A DNA stretch of 64,000 bases from an uncultured virus (IMG/VR IMGVR_UViG_3300020044_008989) (IMGVR_UViG_3300020044_008989:1-64000), one strand, 5' to 3'; positions 37,277-47,067 are shown, counted from the stretch's first letter. The notes: generated from the letters alone by a model not told the origin. Numbers and translations: made by a program.

Positions 37277-38431
37277 ATGTCTTTACTCGCCACATATTCT
37301 TCTTATTTAGGAGTCCTGCCTTTGGACAAACCGAACCTTAACGTTCAATATTTCCCCGTCCTATACGAGAAATATATAACACTACACGCGGGCGATGGTC
37401 GCATACAAAGCAAACACTTTGACTACTGGCAAGAGGTGGTCGGACTAATTAAACCCGCCCTTCATTATTTCGGCATTCGAATCGTTCAAGTAGGAGGGCC
37501 GCAAGATCAAGTTGTTCAAGGAGTAGATGCGTCATATTTAACCCTGTCTTATGCTCAATCGGCATATGTCCAGAAGGGCGCAATTCTCCATTGCGGAGTG
37601 GATTCGTTGGCGATTCACGCCGCTTCCGCTTTTGGAAAGAAAATTGTGGCCTTGTACTCTCATATTTACAAGAATCAAAGTCCTTGTAACTGGTCCTCTC
37701 CCGAGGATGTTATTTACTTGGAGCCAGATCGTGGAGATAGCCATCCCCCTTTCGGCCCCGTCGAATACCCCAAGATGGTCAACACCATCAAGATAGAAGA
37801 AATTGCCCGCAGCATTTTCTCTTTATTAAATCTCCCCGTCGATATTAAATTTCAGACTCAGTTTATCGGTGAACATTATAATCTTCCAATCGTGGAAGTG
37901 ATTCCTGATTTTTTCGGGGAAAGCGCCGAATTAAATGGCGCGAACATTAATTTGCGGCTCGATTTAAATTTTGACGAGAACTGCTCTCATGCGTGGGCAC
38001 AAAGGTACGTGGTTAAGTTAATCACTAAGCAACCAATCAACCTACAACTCCTTGCGGCGAACAAAAAAAACATCGCCCAACTCACCCTATTGTTTGACGA
38101 CAAAGACAGCTTCTCCTTAGAATATGTCAAAGAGGCGAAAAAACTAATCCCCAATCTTGTGTTGGTTGGAATGAAAGAGGAAAATCTTTCTGACACGCGG
38201 GAAAAGTTTTTCGACTGGACTGTTGAAAGAATGCCAGTTCCAGATCGTAGTAGAGTCGAACGCCTTCCTAAAGATTGCAAGTTCTGGACGAAAAAGACGG
38301 TTTTCTCAAAAGCCCAGCGTTATGCGTCAATCGCACACTGGAAAATGCAAAAACCATTTGACGGTCAGGATTTTGTGGTTGATAGTGAGTCTTTTTGCGA
38401 GGACATACAGCACTTTTTTATCTACAACTAA
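37277..38431 (+). CDS. GT9 C-terminal lobe fused to an unknown domain
   Basis: YITLHAG...K.FDYW, IVQVG, HCGVDS..IHAASAFGK.IVALY; lacks the GD-containing N-lobe. Confidence 0.78.
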   Translation: MSLLATYSSYLGVLPLDKPNLNVQYFPVLYEKYITLHAGDGRIQSKHFDYWQEVVGLIKPALHYFGIRIVQVGGPQDQVVQGVDASYLTLSYAQSAYVQKGAILHCGVDSLAIHAASAFGKKIVALYSHIYKNQSPCNWSSPEDVIYLEPDRGDSHPPFGPVEYPKMVNTIKIEEIARSIFSLLNLPVDIKFQTQFIGEHYNLPIVEVIPDFFGESAELNGANINLRLDLNFDENCSHAWAQRYVVKLITKQPINLQLLAANKKNIAQLTLLFDDKDSFSLEYVKEAKKLIPNLVLVGMKEENLSDTREKFFDWTVERMPVPDRSRVERLPKDCKFWTKKTVFSKAQRYASIAHWKMQKPFDGQDFVVDSESFCEDIQHFFIYN

Positions 38432-38432
38432 C

Positions 38433-39236
38433 ATGACACGCAACGAACTCGGCCTCATTGAAGGTCTTGAATACCCAAAAGACAAACTTGGCTACATTTT
38501 GTGGCGTGAAATGATTTCGCCCGAATTTCTTTATCCCAATAAAGAATATTTTGAGCGTAAAAAGATTCCCGTCCCAGATTCTACAGAAGGGCTTCCTGAT
38601 AGTCAATGCCTTGTTAAAATTGGCGGGTTGATTGAGTTGATGCGTATTAGGGGATATACCTCCTTAAATCAAGAAGTTGTCAACGTGGATAACGGATATG
38701 TCACGGCAAAATGCACAATCTACTGGCTCCCCAACTTCGAAACGGATAACAAGGGAGTCTCATTCTCTTGGGTGGCAAACTCCAACCGCGATAATTGCGG
38801 CGATTTCATGGCTCACTACCAAGAAACCCAAGCCCAAAACCGCGCTCTTAGTCTTTGTATTCGCAAGTTTTTAAATATAAACATTGTTTCCGACGAAGAG
38901 GTTTCTAAGGGCGAAACAACCTTGATTCCCGAACCAGAAAAACCCAAGGCCACTCTTCCTGACATCAACAACAAACTCAAAAAAATGCTTGTTAATCACG
39001 GTTTCAAGACGCAGGATGACCTAATCTCCTTATTCGAAGAAATGAAAGCGGCGGATAAAATTTCCATTGAACTAGACGACGTTCGGGACGAAGAGGGTGT
39101 TGTAAGAGTATCTCTCTTCCAACCTAAAGAGTGTCGGATATTTTTAGGTTACATAGACCAAAAAGAAAAGGAAAGAAAAAAGAGACAGCAGGAAGAGGAG
39201 CAAAAATTAAATAAGAAGGCGACTGACCAACAATGA
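38433..39236 (+). CDS. Rad52/Sak-like single-strand annealing protein
   Basis: KIGGL..L, beta-strands VTAKCTI, QAQNRAL..CIR..LNI; start refined to ATG 38433. Confidence 0.55.
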   Translation: MTRNELGLIEGLEYPKDKLGYILWREMISPEFLYPNKEYFERKKIPVPDSTEGLPDSQCLVKIGGLIELMRIRGYTSLNQEVVNVDNGYVTAKCTIYWLPNFETDNKGVSFSWVANSNRDNCGDFMAHYQETQAQNRALSLCIRKFLNINIVSDEEVSKGETTLIPEPEKPKATLPDINNKLKKMLVNHGFKTQDDLISLFEEMKAADKISIELDDVRDEEGVVRVSLFQPKECRIFLGYIDQKEKERKKRQQEEEQKLNKKATDQQ

Positions 39237-39589
39237 AGCGCGAAATTAAGTTCCGAGTTTTTGATTCCTTTAAAAGGAAATTTGTAAATTTTGGAGTTGG
39301 AGGATTACGCTCCGACTATACGTTAGACGATATTTTTGAGGACAACAATGATAGTTTGAGTAGATATTATTTTCAACAATTTACTGGAGTCCTTGACAAA
39401 AACTTAAAAGAAATTTATGAAGGAGACTTTATTAGATGGCAAAATGGATTGCTCTATGAAGTTAAACATGGAAGATGGCGTCATAATGATCTTGATACCG
39501 ATCTTTACGGATGGCATCTCTCACGAGAAAACCGTGAGACGTGGGAGCTTGACAATATTGGATATATTGTAGATAATATTTTTGAATAA
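39233..39589 (+). CDS. YopX-family phage protein (second copy)
   Basis: REIKFRVFD, QFTGVLDKN.KEIYEGD, NIFE. Confidence 0.85.
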   Translation: MKREIKFRVFDSFKRKFVNFGVGGLRSDYTLDDIFEDNNDSLSRYYFQQFTGVLDKNLKEIYEGDFIRWQNGLLYEVKHGRWRHNDLDTDLYGWHLSRENRETWELDNIGYIVDNIFE

Positions 39590-39594
39590 GTAAT

Positions 39595-39783
39595 ATGGTT
39601 TTTGAAATATCTTGCCCTAGCTTCAGGCATTCTAGGCTGTTAGCTAAAAGAATGGAAAAACTCTTAAGCCTTTCAGGCGCGGAGTACAAAAGTCAGTGGT
39701 TCTCTGATAAGATTTCCATAAAAGAGGGTGTTGACGAATATATTTTTACTCCGAAAAAAATTATAACATGGAATTTTTCTTGA
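39595..39783 (+). CDS. hypothetical protein
   Basis: ORF track. Confidence 0.5.
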   Translation: MVFEISCPSFRHSRLLAKRMEKLLSLSGAEYKSQWFSDKISIKEGVDEYIFTPKKIITWNFS

Positions 39784-39832
39784 TTTTAATTGCGGGGCTT
39801 CTTATCTTGGGAGTAATTAAAACTTTCTTCTT

Positions 39833-40285
39833 TTGATTAAGAAAATCACAGACCCGATAGAGCTACAATGCTGTTTTGCCGATCTAGAGAAGGCATTTGG
39901 CGAGGATAATAACCTATATGGTCATGTCGGAGCAAAAATCAACGTCCAATCTATCGTCAAGGCATGGGGGGATTCGCGGCTTCTGAATTTCAACATGCAC
40001 GTTTGGGCGAACAGAGAAACACGATACGACTCAATCATCATGTTCCAAGCAGTGGATAATCATGTATTGGGCGAAAAACTCTGGCAAGAATACTTGTGGT
40101 TGGCAAAAAATTCCCGCGCCGCAATCAAATTATTGAAAGTTTCTCTTGGTTTTGCCCGTAAATTAGGGTATAAGAGATTCGTTATGGGCTCAGTAGAAAA
40201 TCATCCGTCTTCCAAAAAAGTCAGACGATACTACGAATCCCTTGGAATGAAAAAAGATTCAGAACTGTACATAGGAAATTTATGA
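39833..40285 (+). CDS. GNAT-fold acetyltransferase-like protein
   Basis: AIKLL....FAR.LG...F.M......V.RYYESLGM. Confidence 0.55.
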   Translation: MIKKITDPIELQCCFADLEKAFGEDNNLYGHVGAKINVQSIVKAWGDSRLLNFNMHVWANRETRYDSIIMFQAVDNHVLGEKLWQEYLWLAKNSRAAIKLLKVSLGFARKLGYKRFVMGSVENHPSSKKVRRYYESLGMKKDSELYIGNL

Positions 40286-40671
40286 GAAAACCATTCGCGA
40301 TTAAAACATGGATAGATTACGATACCTGCAAAATTTTTCCAACGGTGGAATCATATATCGCTTACTGTAAAAACGAAGGGTTCTCTCCGACTCGTTGCGT
40401 TGACGGGGTTTATTTTGTATTTGAAGACCTAGAAGAGGAATTGATTGAAGTGGATTATTTTTTAAAAAACAATATAATTCAGGAGACGATTTTTGATGAG
40501 AGTCTTTTAGAGGCGTCTGGGGAAGCTCAGGAAAATAAGAGCAAGGAAATCTTGGCAAATCTTACTATTCCCAGTGGCGGTTTTGTTACTGGGAGTTATT
40601 TTAGCTCCACTAGCAAAGAAAAATGGATAGAAAATCACAAAAAAGCAAATAAATATTCTTGGTCCAATTAA
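40282..40671 (+). CDS. hypothetical protein
   Basis: ORF track, coupled. Confidence 0.55.
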   Translation: MRKPFAIKTWIDYDTCKIFPTVESYIAYCKNEGFSPTRCVDGVYFVFEDLEEELIEVDYFLKNNIIQETIFDESLLEASGEAQENKSKEILANLTIPSGGFVTGSYFSSTSKEKWIENHKKANKYSWSN

Positions 40672-40673
40672 TT

Positions 40674-40862
40674 ATGAGAAAACAAACAGTCAAATCCCTC
40701 CGCAAAATCATCAACCCTTCGTCCTCGATTAGTCGCAGAGTATTTCGCCGCTTGAAGAAAAAGTATAACACCTTATCTAGCGACGAAAAGTGCCGCTTCA
40801 AGACAATGGGGCCAATGCTAATGGCTAAACAAGAGTTGCCACTTTCCACTGACCCGACTTAA
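40674..40862 (+). CDS. small basic hypothetical protein (MRKQTVK...)
   Basis: refined start; basic helix. Confidence 0.5.
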   Translation: MRKQTVKSLRKIINPSSSISRRVFRRLKKKYNTLSSDEKCRFKTMGPMLMAKQELPLSTDPT

Positions 40863-42021
40863 CCACATAAAGGTTTTGTCCGACGCCAGTTTGGTAGAAT
40901 GATATTCCGTCATAGGACGTTAATGCTGGGGTCGCATAACCAGTAAATATGCCCGTCCTATCCCCCGACGATCCCCTAACGGGGATAGCCTCAAGAAAAG
41001 TTCTAGCCTCTCTTGGATAATCAAGCAAACCACTTGCATTGCCTGTCCAAAAATACCCAGATGCAAAATCGTCATATGGAAGAACCTTATAGTAACAAGG
41101 GACTCCTTTAGTTTGTTCGCTTTGATTTATTTTTAAATCGTAAGAGGCCAGCGTTCGGAAAATCGGGAAATTCTTTAACAGGTTCCCCGTTGATGGGTAA
41201 AATCCGCTAGACGCGCCCGTATAAACATTAAATTGCCGCACTAAAAAATTTGTGCCGTTTGCTGGCGTATCAATAGATAAAGTTACTGCCCCAGTCTGGC
41301 CTTCATTATATCCCGACACGCGAACATTCGTTATTTCGGCAGGAAGATGGTAAATTGTGAAGACGTTGTAATTCGTTTGCGCGTCCTCTTGGAGTTTGAA
41401 TTTTAACTTGTAATATCTCTGTGGCGATCCAAAAGCGCCAGAGTTTTGTTCGTAAGTATAGAGGTAGTTCGTAGAGACAACTCCAGAGCGGAAATTCTCC
41501 CCGCTTGGAGCGAAAGCATCTCCCGTTGTCATCACGTCAAAACCAATCGACACATCGACAAACGAGTTAACAAGGTCAAAATCGTTTGTAATTGGGTTCC
41601 CGTAACGATCCTCAAATTGAAAATCAAACGGTACATCCCTTTTTAGAGCTACCGAATAACCAACGCCAGTTCCGTTAGCAAAGTCTGAAGGAGTAAATTC
41701 GCTTGGCCTGCTAATCTGAGGAGGAACAACATAAACATACGGCGCTGGAGTAGTCGTGGTTGTAGTTGTTGTGGTGGTTGTAGTAGTCGTTGGGGCTACT
41801 GTAGTAGTAGGTGCAACGGTAGTGGTAGTTGGAGCTACCGTAGTTGTCGTGGTTGGAGCGACTGTTGTCGTAGTTGTGGGAGCTACTGTAGTTGTCGTTG
41901 GCGCAACAGTGGTCGTAGGAGGTGGCGTTGTTGGCGGAGGAGTAGTAGGCGGATATGTAGTCGTTGGCGGAACCGTTGTTGTTGGTGCCGCTGTAGTTGT
42001 CGGAGGAAGAGTTGTTGTCAT
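40825..42021 (-). CDS. tail-associated protein with N-terminal mucin-like Thr/Pro repeat and Ig/FN3-like beta domains
   Basis: coupled to the J gene; first 94 aa contain 54 Thr; YYKVLPYD.F..G is an FN3-like end. Confidence 0.75.
   Translation of the reverse strand: MTTTLPPTTTAAPTTTVPPTTTYPPTTPPPTTPPPTTTVAPTTTTVAPTTTTTVAPTTTTTVAPTTTTVAPTTTVAPTTTTTTTTTTTTTTPAPYVYVVPPQISRPSEFTPSDFANGTGVGYSVALKRDVPFDFQFEDRYGNPITNDFDLVNSFVDVSIGFDVMTTGDAFAPSGENFRSGVVSTNYLYTYEQNSGAFGSPQRYYKLKFKLQEDAQTNYNVFTIYHLPAEITNVRVSGYNEGQTGAVTLSIDTPANGTNFLVRQFNVYTGASSGFYPSTGNLLKNFPIFRTLASYDLKINQSEQTKGVPCYYKVLPYDDFASGYFWTGNASGLLDYPREARTFLEAIPVRGSSGDRTGIFTGYATPALTSYDGISFYQTGVGQNLYVVKSGQWKVATLV
41740..42021 (-). repeat. coding tandem repeat (T3-5 VAP)n / PTT, synonymously diverged
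   Basis: visible GTA/GTT/GTC/GTG triplet periodicity on the + strand. Confidence 0.9.
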
Positions 42022-45000
42022 TGTTTGATGCTAATTCCAGCGAAGATGCTGTTAGTTCTGACGGGAGCAGAGTAGCTCAACACAGTAATTCCAGAAGAAT
42101 ATGTTGGCCCGATAGGATTAGGAACACTAGAAATATTTCGCGCCGAAACTTTTAATGTGAATCTCCCTGCTTGAGTTTGGTCGGTGAAGGTTGCGAATAA
42201 ATTAGTTGTTCTTCCCGTAATTGCATTGTATCGCGGCGTAATTAATTCATAATCATAATGAGTCGCCCCATTAACTCCAGACCATGCGCCCGAAATGTCA
42301 ATGCTGTCGGCCTGTTGGTCGTAATTGCCAGTATTTAAGGCATAAATTACGGGGAAACTTAGCTGATAGATATTATCTTGGGTAATTGTTGCTTCTCCTT
42401 GGGTCGGAGACGCTACATTCGGGTAGTTATTATAAAAATCCACTAATCCGCGCCCGCTTTCAATTTGCCCAAATTTTCCAGTATCAAATTTAATCGCCGA
42501 CACTTCATATTCCAAAGGAGAGCTTTCTCTTATGCTTGTGAGTTTGTAGATTTCTTGTTTTAACCCAGATAGGGTGATAGAGTAAATGCCGCCGATCTTG
42601 GCCTTGTCCAAGAGTAAAGTATTTTCGCCCGTCTGATTAATGAATAACTGGCACCCGTAGTCAAGATTCTGATAGCCCGATGTTTTAAAAGTGGCGATTT
42701 GAGGAACGTCGTTAGAGTAGAGTTCGTTCATTGCCAGCTTCGATGGACTCACGGCAAGATCGTAATAGTCGCTGTAAGTTTTTTGCCCTGTAGGAATAAA
42801 CAAACTAACCTCATTTAAGAACGTCCCAGTATCAAATTGCTCATCAAGACGCAAGATTTTATTTGTATAATCAATATCCAATACGCGGCCAATGTTTTTC
42901 TGTAGGGACTTTAGATCATCCTCTACTGAAATTAAGTCTCCTGGTCGGCAAGAAAGAACTTCTGGCCCGCAGATAAATGAGACTGCTTGGTTTTCATTGA
43001 TTGTAGAGTAAATGATGTGCTTACCAATACGGTTAGCATGAGCGCGAGATGTAACGCCAAAAGTATCAATGTCTGTTCTTAGAACGCCGCGCTTTTTGAT
43101 GTCTTCAGGGTCTTCAATATACTCTGTTTTTACCTTGAAACCATCGTCGCGGTCAAAATAGCTAACTTCCAAAGTGTTATACTGTTGGTCGCGCCGCGAG
43201 TTTGTATAGTTAAAAAGACCGTCTTTGGCGTTTTGATTATTAAAGAAGTAAGTAGGAAGTTTTACTCTGTCATCTGTGAAGTCAATAAAAGAGTTGGAGT
43301 AAAAAATATTACCCCTGAAAGTCGAAACGAGGTTTTTGATAGCGTCAAATACATTAACTTTGTCTGCGATGATGATATTGCAAGCATATCTTGGTTCTAA
43401 TCCGCCAGTTGCGCTAGGGGTTCCGTAAAAATATCCATCGTCGTCCACCGAATCGCAGAATCGGCCAATCTTATAAAGTTCCCAGATATTAATCTGGTCG
43501 GCGGAAACATAATTTCCCATTCCGTAGCGGCGATTAATCAATAAGTCAAAAAGAATCCACGCAGGATTATCTGACCATGCTTCTTTGAAAGTCCCATCCC
43601 AATCCCCATCGTAGATTAGTTTATCAGAAGTTTCAGCGGCGGCAAATTCGGCGGTTGTTTTATAAAGGCGCTTATCAGAACCGTCTGCTTTGAGAGGATA
43701 GTAATTACTAGGAACAAATATCCTTTTGAGTCTCACGTCATAAGAGCGAGGAGGCAGGGAGGAAAGAGTTCTTGAGTCAAGCTTAATGCCGACAATTGCT
43801 GTATTTGGGTAAGAAAACTTTGCGTCAATAATTTCTGTTATCTTTTCGAGGGAAATTTCGCGCTGAATTAATGAGGAATACGTTTCGTGTGTCGTTCTTA
43901 CGACTCTGACGTAGCGGAATGATCCTTCAACTGGTTCTGGCAGAGTCAGTTCAGATGCAATATTCTCCGTTCCTTGAATAAACCGAGAGTAGTTTGGAAC
44001 ATTATTTGCATTTTCTGCGCGGCCAATATCAATTAAGGCTGGAGTTTCGGCAAGGCCAATGACCTGATAAACGATTGATTTTGTAGCGGGCAATTCTACT
44101 CCGTTGGAATCTTGAAGGCCAACTTCAATTTTGAATCTTACGGCAGATGGAATTTTGGAGCCCGCGTCCACTGATTGAGTTGTGCCAGTAAGCGTTTTAT
44201 TTGTTTCAGCAGTGTCAGACAGGGCTCGAATGCCCATCGTCACATAAACTGACCCTACATTAGGGTTTCTCACGACATGAACAACAGAGTTTGGCTCTTC
44301 ATCGAACTGAGAGATGGAAGACGCGCTCCAATCCGAATAGGATTTTGATGCCCTAGTGTCAAGACTACCTTCTGTTGGATTGGCAAAAGCGATGGCGGCA
44401 GATAAATATTTAACGCGCTCAGTTTCGGTTAAATTGATTGAGCGCCACGCATAAATATAATCGCCTTCTTGTTGCCCTAGATATTCGCGATAGAAGTATT
44501 TCCCAATATAGGAGTAAACTCCTGTTGTTCTAGTTATTGTAATTAAGAAATATTGGTTTCCAGCTCTATTAAACTTAACTTTTAATACAAAATCGTCGCC
44601 AGTTTGAGTCAGTGTTTTTGTAATTTTTGGACTCCAAAATGCAACGGTGCTTAGCGTCGTTTGATAGAATTCTCCATCTTTTGTAAGTCGCCCTTGAAGA
44701 TTCCAAAGGGTTTCTAAAGTTGTTTTATCTGGAACTGAAATTAAACTCTCAGAAGAAGTCGCCGAAGAATCTGTGGAATTTTCTGGGAGATAGTCAATCA
44801 CCCCATCTGTTGAGGCTTGAACAAACGTCTTAACTTTGAGAATTTGCCCCTGATTAGAAAACGGGCCGAGTAATTTAATTCCGTATTGTTTGTCAAGATA
44901 CGTCTTGTCAAAGAATCCAAGCGGTTGTTGAAGTTCTTCGCCCTTTCTTGCTTCGGCTAGGATGTTTGAGTAATTATATTTTTCCTCAGTAAAGTCAATA

Positions 45001-45998
45001 ACATGAAAGTTCGAAACAACGTCTCTTAACGAAGTGACCGTTTCTTCTGTGGGGAATCCGTTCTCGTGAATTCCAAAAATATAAATGTATCCGCCCAATT
45101 CATTTGGTCCAACTTGAGAGATGAAACTCATGTCAATCCACCCAAGGGGCCGAATCAAACGCCGCCTGCCGAGTTCACTGATTTCTAATTTTTCCGATAT
45201 AATTTCAGAGATGTCGTTTTCAAGATAAAAGGCCGTGCTTTTTCCAACTGGAACATCGCTAATTGATTGGACTCCCTCTGAAGAGTCGTAGATGTTTCCG
45301 AGGTTAATTTTGACGCAAAAGAATGGATAATCTGTGGATGATGGGTTGTCTTTTAAAATACTATTTTCGATTACCGACTCTGTGGAGAAAGCGTCGTAAC
45401 GTAATAGTTTTTGTTTGGCAATTTCAACTATGCTTGATTCATTAGCGGAATCATTGGAGAATTTGCTTAAAAGATTGCGGCCCTTTAAAATGGCCTTGGC
45501 GATGTTCTTTTTGCCGTAAATTATTTCGGCGCTTAATTCTTCATCTCCAACAATGTGAGCCTGATACGGATTAGATACGGATAAACTTGGATCGTAAGAA
45601 ACATCTTCCGTAGAAAGATTAGACAATGAATAGTCTTGAAAATTTTCGCCCGAAAACCAGTTGCTTGTGACGGAACTCATGATTCCAGCTAGACTCACGG
45701 TGGCCTTGGGGATTGTCGCGTCAAGAGGGTTAATTGTTTTCTTTACTGGAACGTCGTCAATGTAGATACCCTCAAAGATGCGATGCCCATCAACGAATTG
45801 ACCATTTTGATTAACAATACCGCCGATTGGGCCTTCGCTTAGTGCGTCAACTGATTCTGAATAACTGTAGCTCGAAATTGCGGACAAAAAACCTAATTTG
45901 GGCGGATTGAGCCTGGGGGCGGGAGGGGCATCGCCCTTATCGCCACCACCGCCAGCACCTCCAACAGTTGAGAAATTTTTAGTTAGGAAGTGGTTCAT
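42018..45998 (-). CDS. tail tip/host-specificity protein (lambda gpJ-like)
   Basis: DALSEGPI.G, YPNTA.VG, WDGTFK.AWSDNPAWI..DLL...RYG, EPRY.CN, FGVTS. Confidence 0.92.
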   Translation of the reverse strand: MNHFLTKNFSTVGGAGGGGDKGDAPPAPRLNPPKLGFLSAISSYSYSESVDALSEGPIGGIVNQNGQFVDGHRIFEGIYIDDVPVKKTINPLDATIPKATVSLAGIMSSVTSNWFSGENFQDYSLSNLSTEDVSYDPSLSVSNPYQAHIVGDEELSAEIIYGKKNIAKAILKGRNLLSKFSNDSANESSIVEIAKQKLLRYDAFSTESVIENSILKDNPSSTDYPFFCVKINLGNIYDSSEGVQSISDVPVGKSTAFYLENDISEIISEKLEISELGRRRLIRPLGWIDMSFISQVGPNELGGYIYIFGIHENGFPTEETVTSLRDVVSNFHVIDFTEEKYNYSNILAEARKGEELQQPLGFFDKTYLDKQYGIKLLGPFSNQGQILKVKTFVQASTDGVIDYLPENSTDSSATSSESLISVPDKTTLETLWNLQGRLTKDGEFYQTTLSTVAFWSPKITKTLTQTGDDFVLKVKFNRAGNQYFLITITRTTGVYSYIGKYFYREYLGQQEGDYIYAWRSINLTETERVKYLSAAIAFANPTEGSLDTRASKSYSDWSASSISQFDEEPNSVVHVVRNPNVGSVYVTMGIRALSDTAETNKTLTGTTQSVDAGSKIPSAVRFKIEVGLQDSNGVELPATKSIVYQVIGLAETPALIDIGRAENANNVPNYSRFIQGTENIASELTLPEPVEGSFRYVRVVRTTHETYSSLIQREISLEKITEIIDAKFSYPNTAIVGIKLDSRTLSSLPPRSYDVRLKRIFVPSNYYPLKADGSDKRLYKTTAEFAAAETSDKLIYDGDWDGTFKEAWSDNPAWILFDLLINRRYGMGNYVSADQINIWELYKIGRFCDSVDDDGYFYGTPSATGGLEPRYACNIIIADKVNVFDAIKNLVSTFRGNIFYSNSFIDFTDDRVKLPTYFFNNQNAKDGLFNYTNSRRDQQYNTLEVSYFDRDDGFKVKTEYIEDPEDIKKRGVLRTDIDTFGVTSRAHANRIGKHIIYSTINENQAVSFICGPEVLSCRPGDLISVEDDLKSLQKNIGRVLDIDYTNKILRLDEQFDTGTFLNEVSLFIPTGQKTYSDYYDLAVSPSKLAMNELYSNDVPQIATFKTSGYQNLDYGCQLFINQTGENTLLLDKAKIGGIYSITLSGLKQEIYKLTSIRESSPLEYEVSAIKFDTGKFGQIESGRGLVDFYNNYPNVASPTQGEATITQDNIYQLSFPVIYALNTGNYDQQADSIDISGAWSGVNGATHYDYELITPRYNAITGRTTNLFATFTDQTQAGRFTLKVSARNISSVPNPIGPTYSSGITVLSYSAPVRTNSIFAGISIKQ

Positions 45999-46681
45999 TC
46001 CATTGGTTGATTTGTTTGAATAATTTGTTCTCGGTCAATCATTGAGAATTGAGATAATCCGCGTTTTGTTGCGAGTTCAGTAAATTCAGAATAGATCGGG
46101 GTAGAATTTTCTTCGTCGAACTTCGCTGGGAAACTCTTCACTGTTGACTGGATAACCGCCGAACCAATTCTTAGCCTTCCGAAACCTATGGGCATAGGAA
46201 TACCCTGCTCAGTAACATTTTCGCCGTTGCTGAATAAAAATGACTTACTTAATGCAGTTGATGTCGCTGATGCGGAGCCAGCGTCAATTTTTTGGTCTTT
46301 CTGCATCAAATTAGAGATGCCGTAAGAGATAGCCGCTGACCCTAACGCCACAAGATACACAACAGCCCATTCTGGCGCGTATAAGGCCGCTGCGTAGAGG
46401 ACAACGCCAATAGCAGTGACAACACCCGCACTACCAGAGATGGCGGGCAGAATGTGGATTTCCTTGGCATTTGTTTTCTCAACACTAAATTTATTTGCCA
46501 AACTTCCATCCACAACAACAGAGTAATTCGCGCCGCCCTTACTCAATTCAAGGAGCCTGTTAACAAAGCCTTTTTTGTTGGCGTCAATAGCCCAAACAGC
46601 ATCTCTTGGGCGACTCAGAGAAAATCTGAATTTGCGCCCGAACTCTTTTGCAAGTAATCCATGTAAGTAAACCGTGGTCAT
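45995..46681 (-). CDS. tail assembly protein I-like (ubiquitin-like N-terminus)
   Basis: VYLHG.L..EFG, IHILPAISGS, SFLFS...N..EQG.PMP.GFGRL.IGS.VI. Confidence 0.88.
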   Translation of the reverse strand: MTTVYLHGLLAKEFGRKFRFSLSRPRDAVWAIDANKKGFVNRLLELSKGGANYSVVVDGSLANKFSVEKTNAKEIHILPAISGSAGVVTAIGVVLYAAALYAPEWAVVYLVALGSAAISYGISNLMQKDQKIDAGSASATSTALSKSFLFSNGENVTEQGIPMPIGFGRLRIGSAVIQSTVKSFPAKFDEENSTPIYSEFTELATKRGLSQFSMIDREQIIQTNQPME

Positions 46682-47067
46682 TTTAATGCTTCCCTAACCT
46701 TCTCAAGATTTACACTGGAGATTTCCAGATTGGGCGGCACATAAATGTTAAACTTATCCTCCCCTAACGAGTAAACAATAAAAGGCAAACAACAATTATC
46801 GGCGGTAATTTTATCCCACTCAGAAAACTGAGAGTCCCCATAAATGTGAGAATGGAAGACGGCCAAAAACTCATGCTCATTCTTAAACATGAGAAGTTCC
46901 AAAGGATCAACGGCAAAGAAATTTTGAGGGTCTGGGGCGCGATTTTTAACAATCTTAGCGACAGGCTTGCCATCTTTTAACCCCCATAAGCCAACAATCT
47001 CCCTATTCGGGCACGCGAGGCTTTCGTTTTTAAAGTATTCTAGGCAGGACTTAAGATTTTCGATCAT
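46678..47067 (-). CDS. tail protein K-like JAB/MPN domain (no NlpC/P60 domain)
   Basis: EIVG, VFHSH......S..D. Confidence 0.85.
   Translation of the reverse strand: MIENLKSCLEYFKNESLACPNREIVGLWGLKDGKPVAKIVKNRAPDPQNFFAVDPLELLMFKNEHEFLAVFHSHIYGDSQFSEWDKITADNCCLPFIVYSLGEDKFNIYVPPNLEISSVNLEKVREALK

Noticed and set aside
41756-42028. 90-aa poly-Val ORF on the + strand
   Set aside because: Antisense shadow of the Thr/Pro repeat (ACN codons read as GTN); no independent start signals
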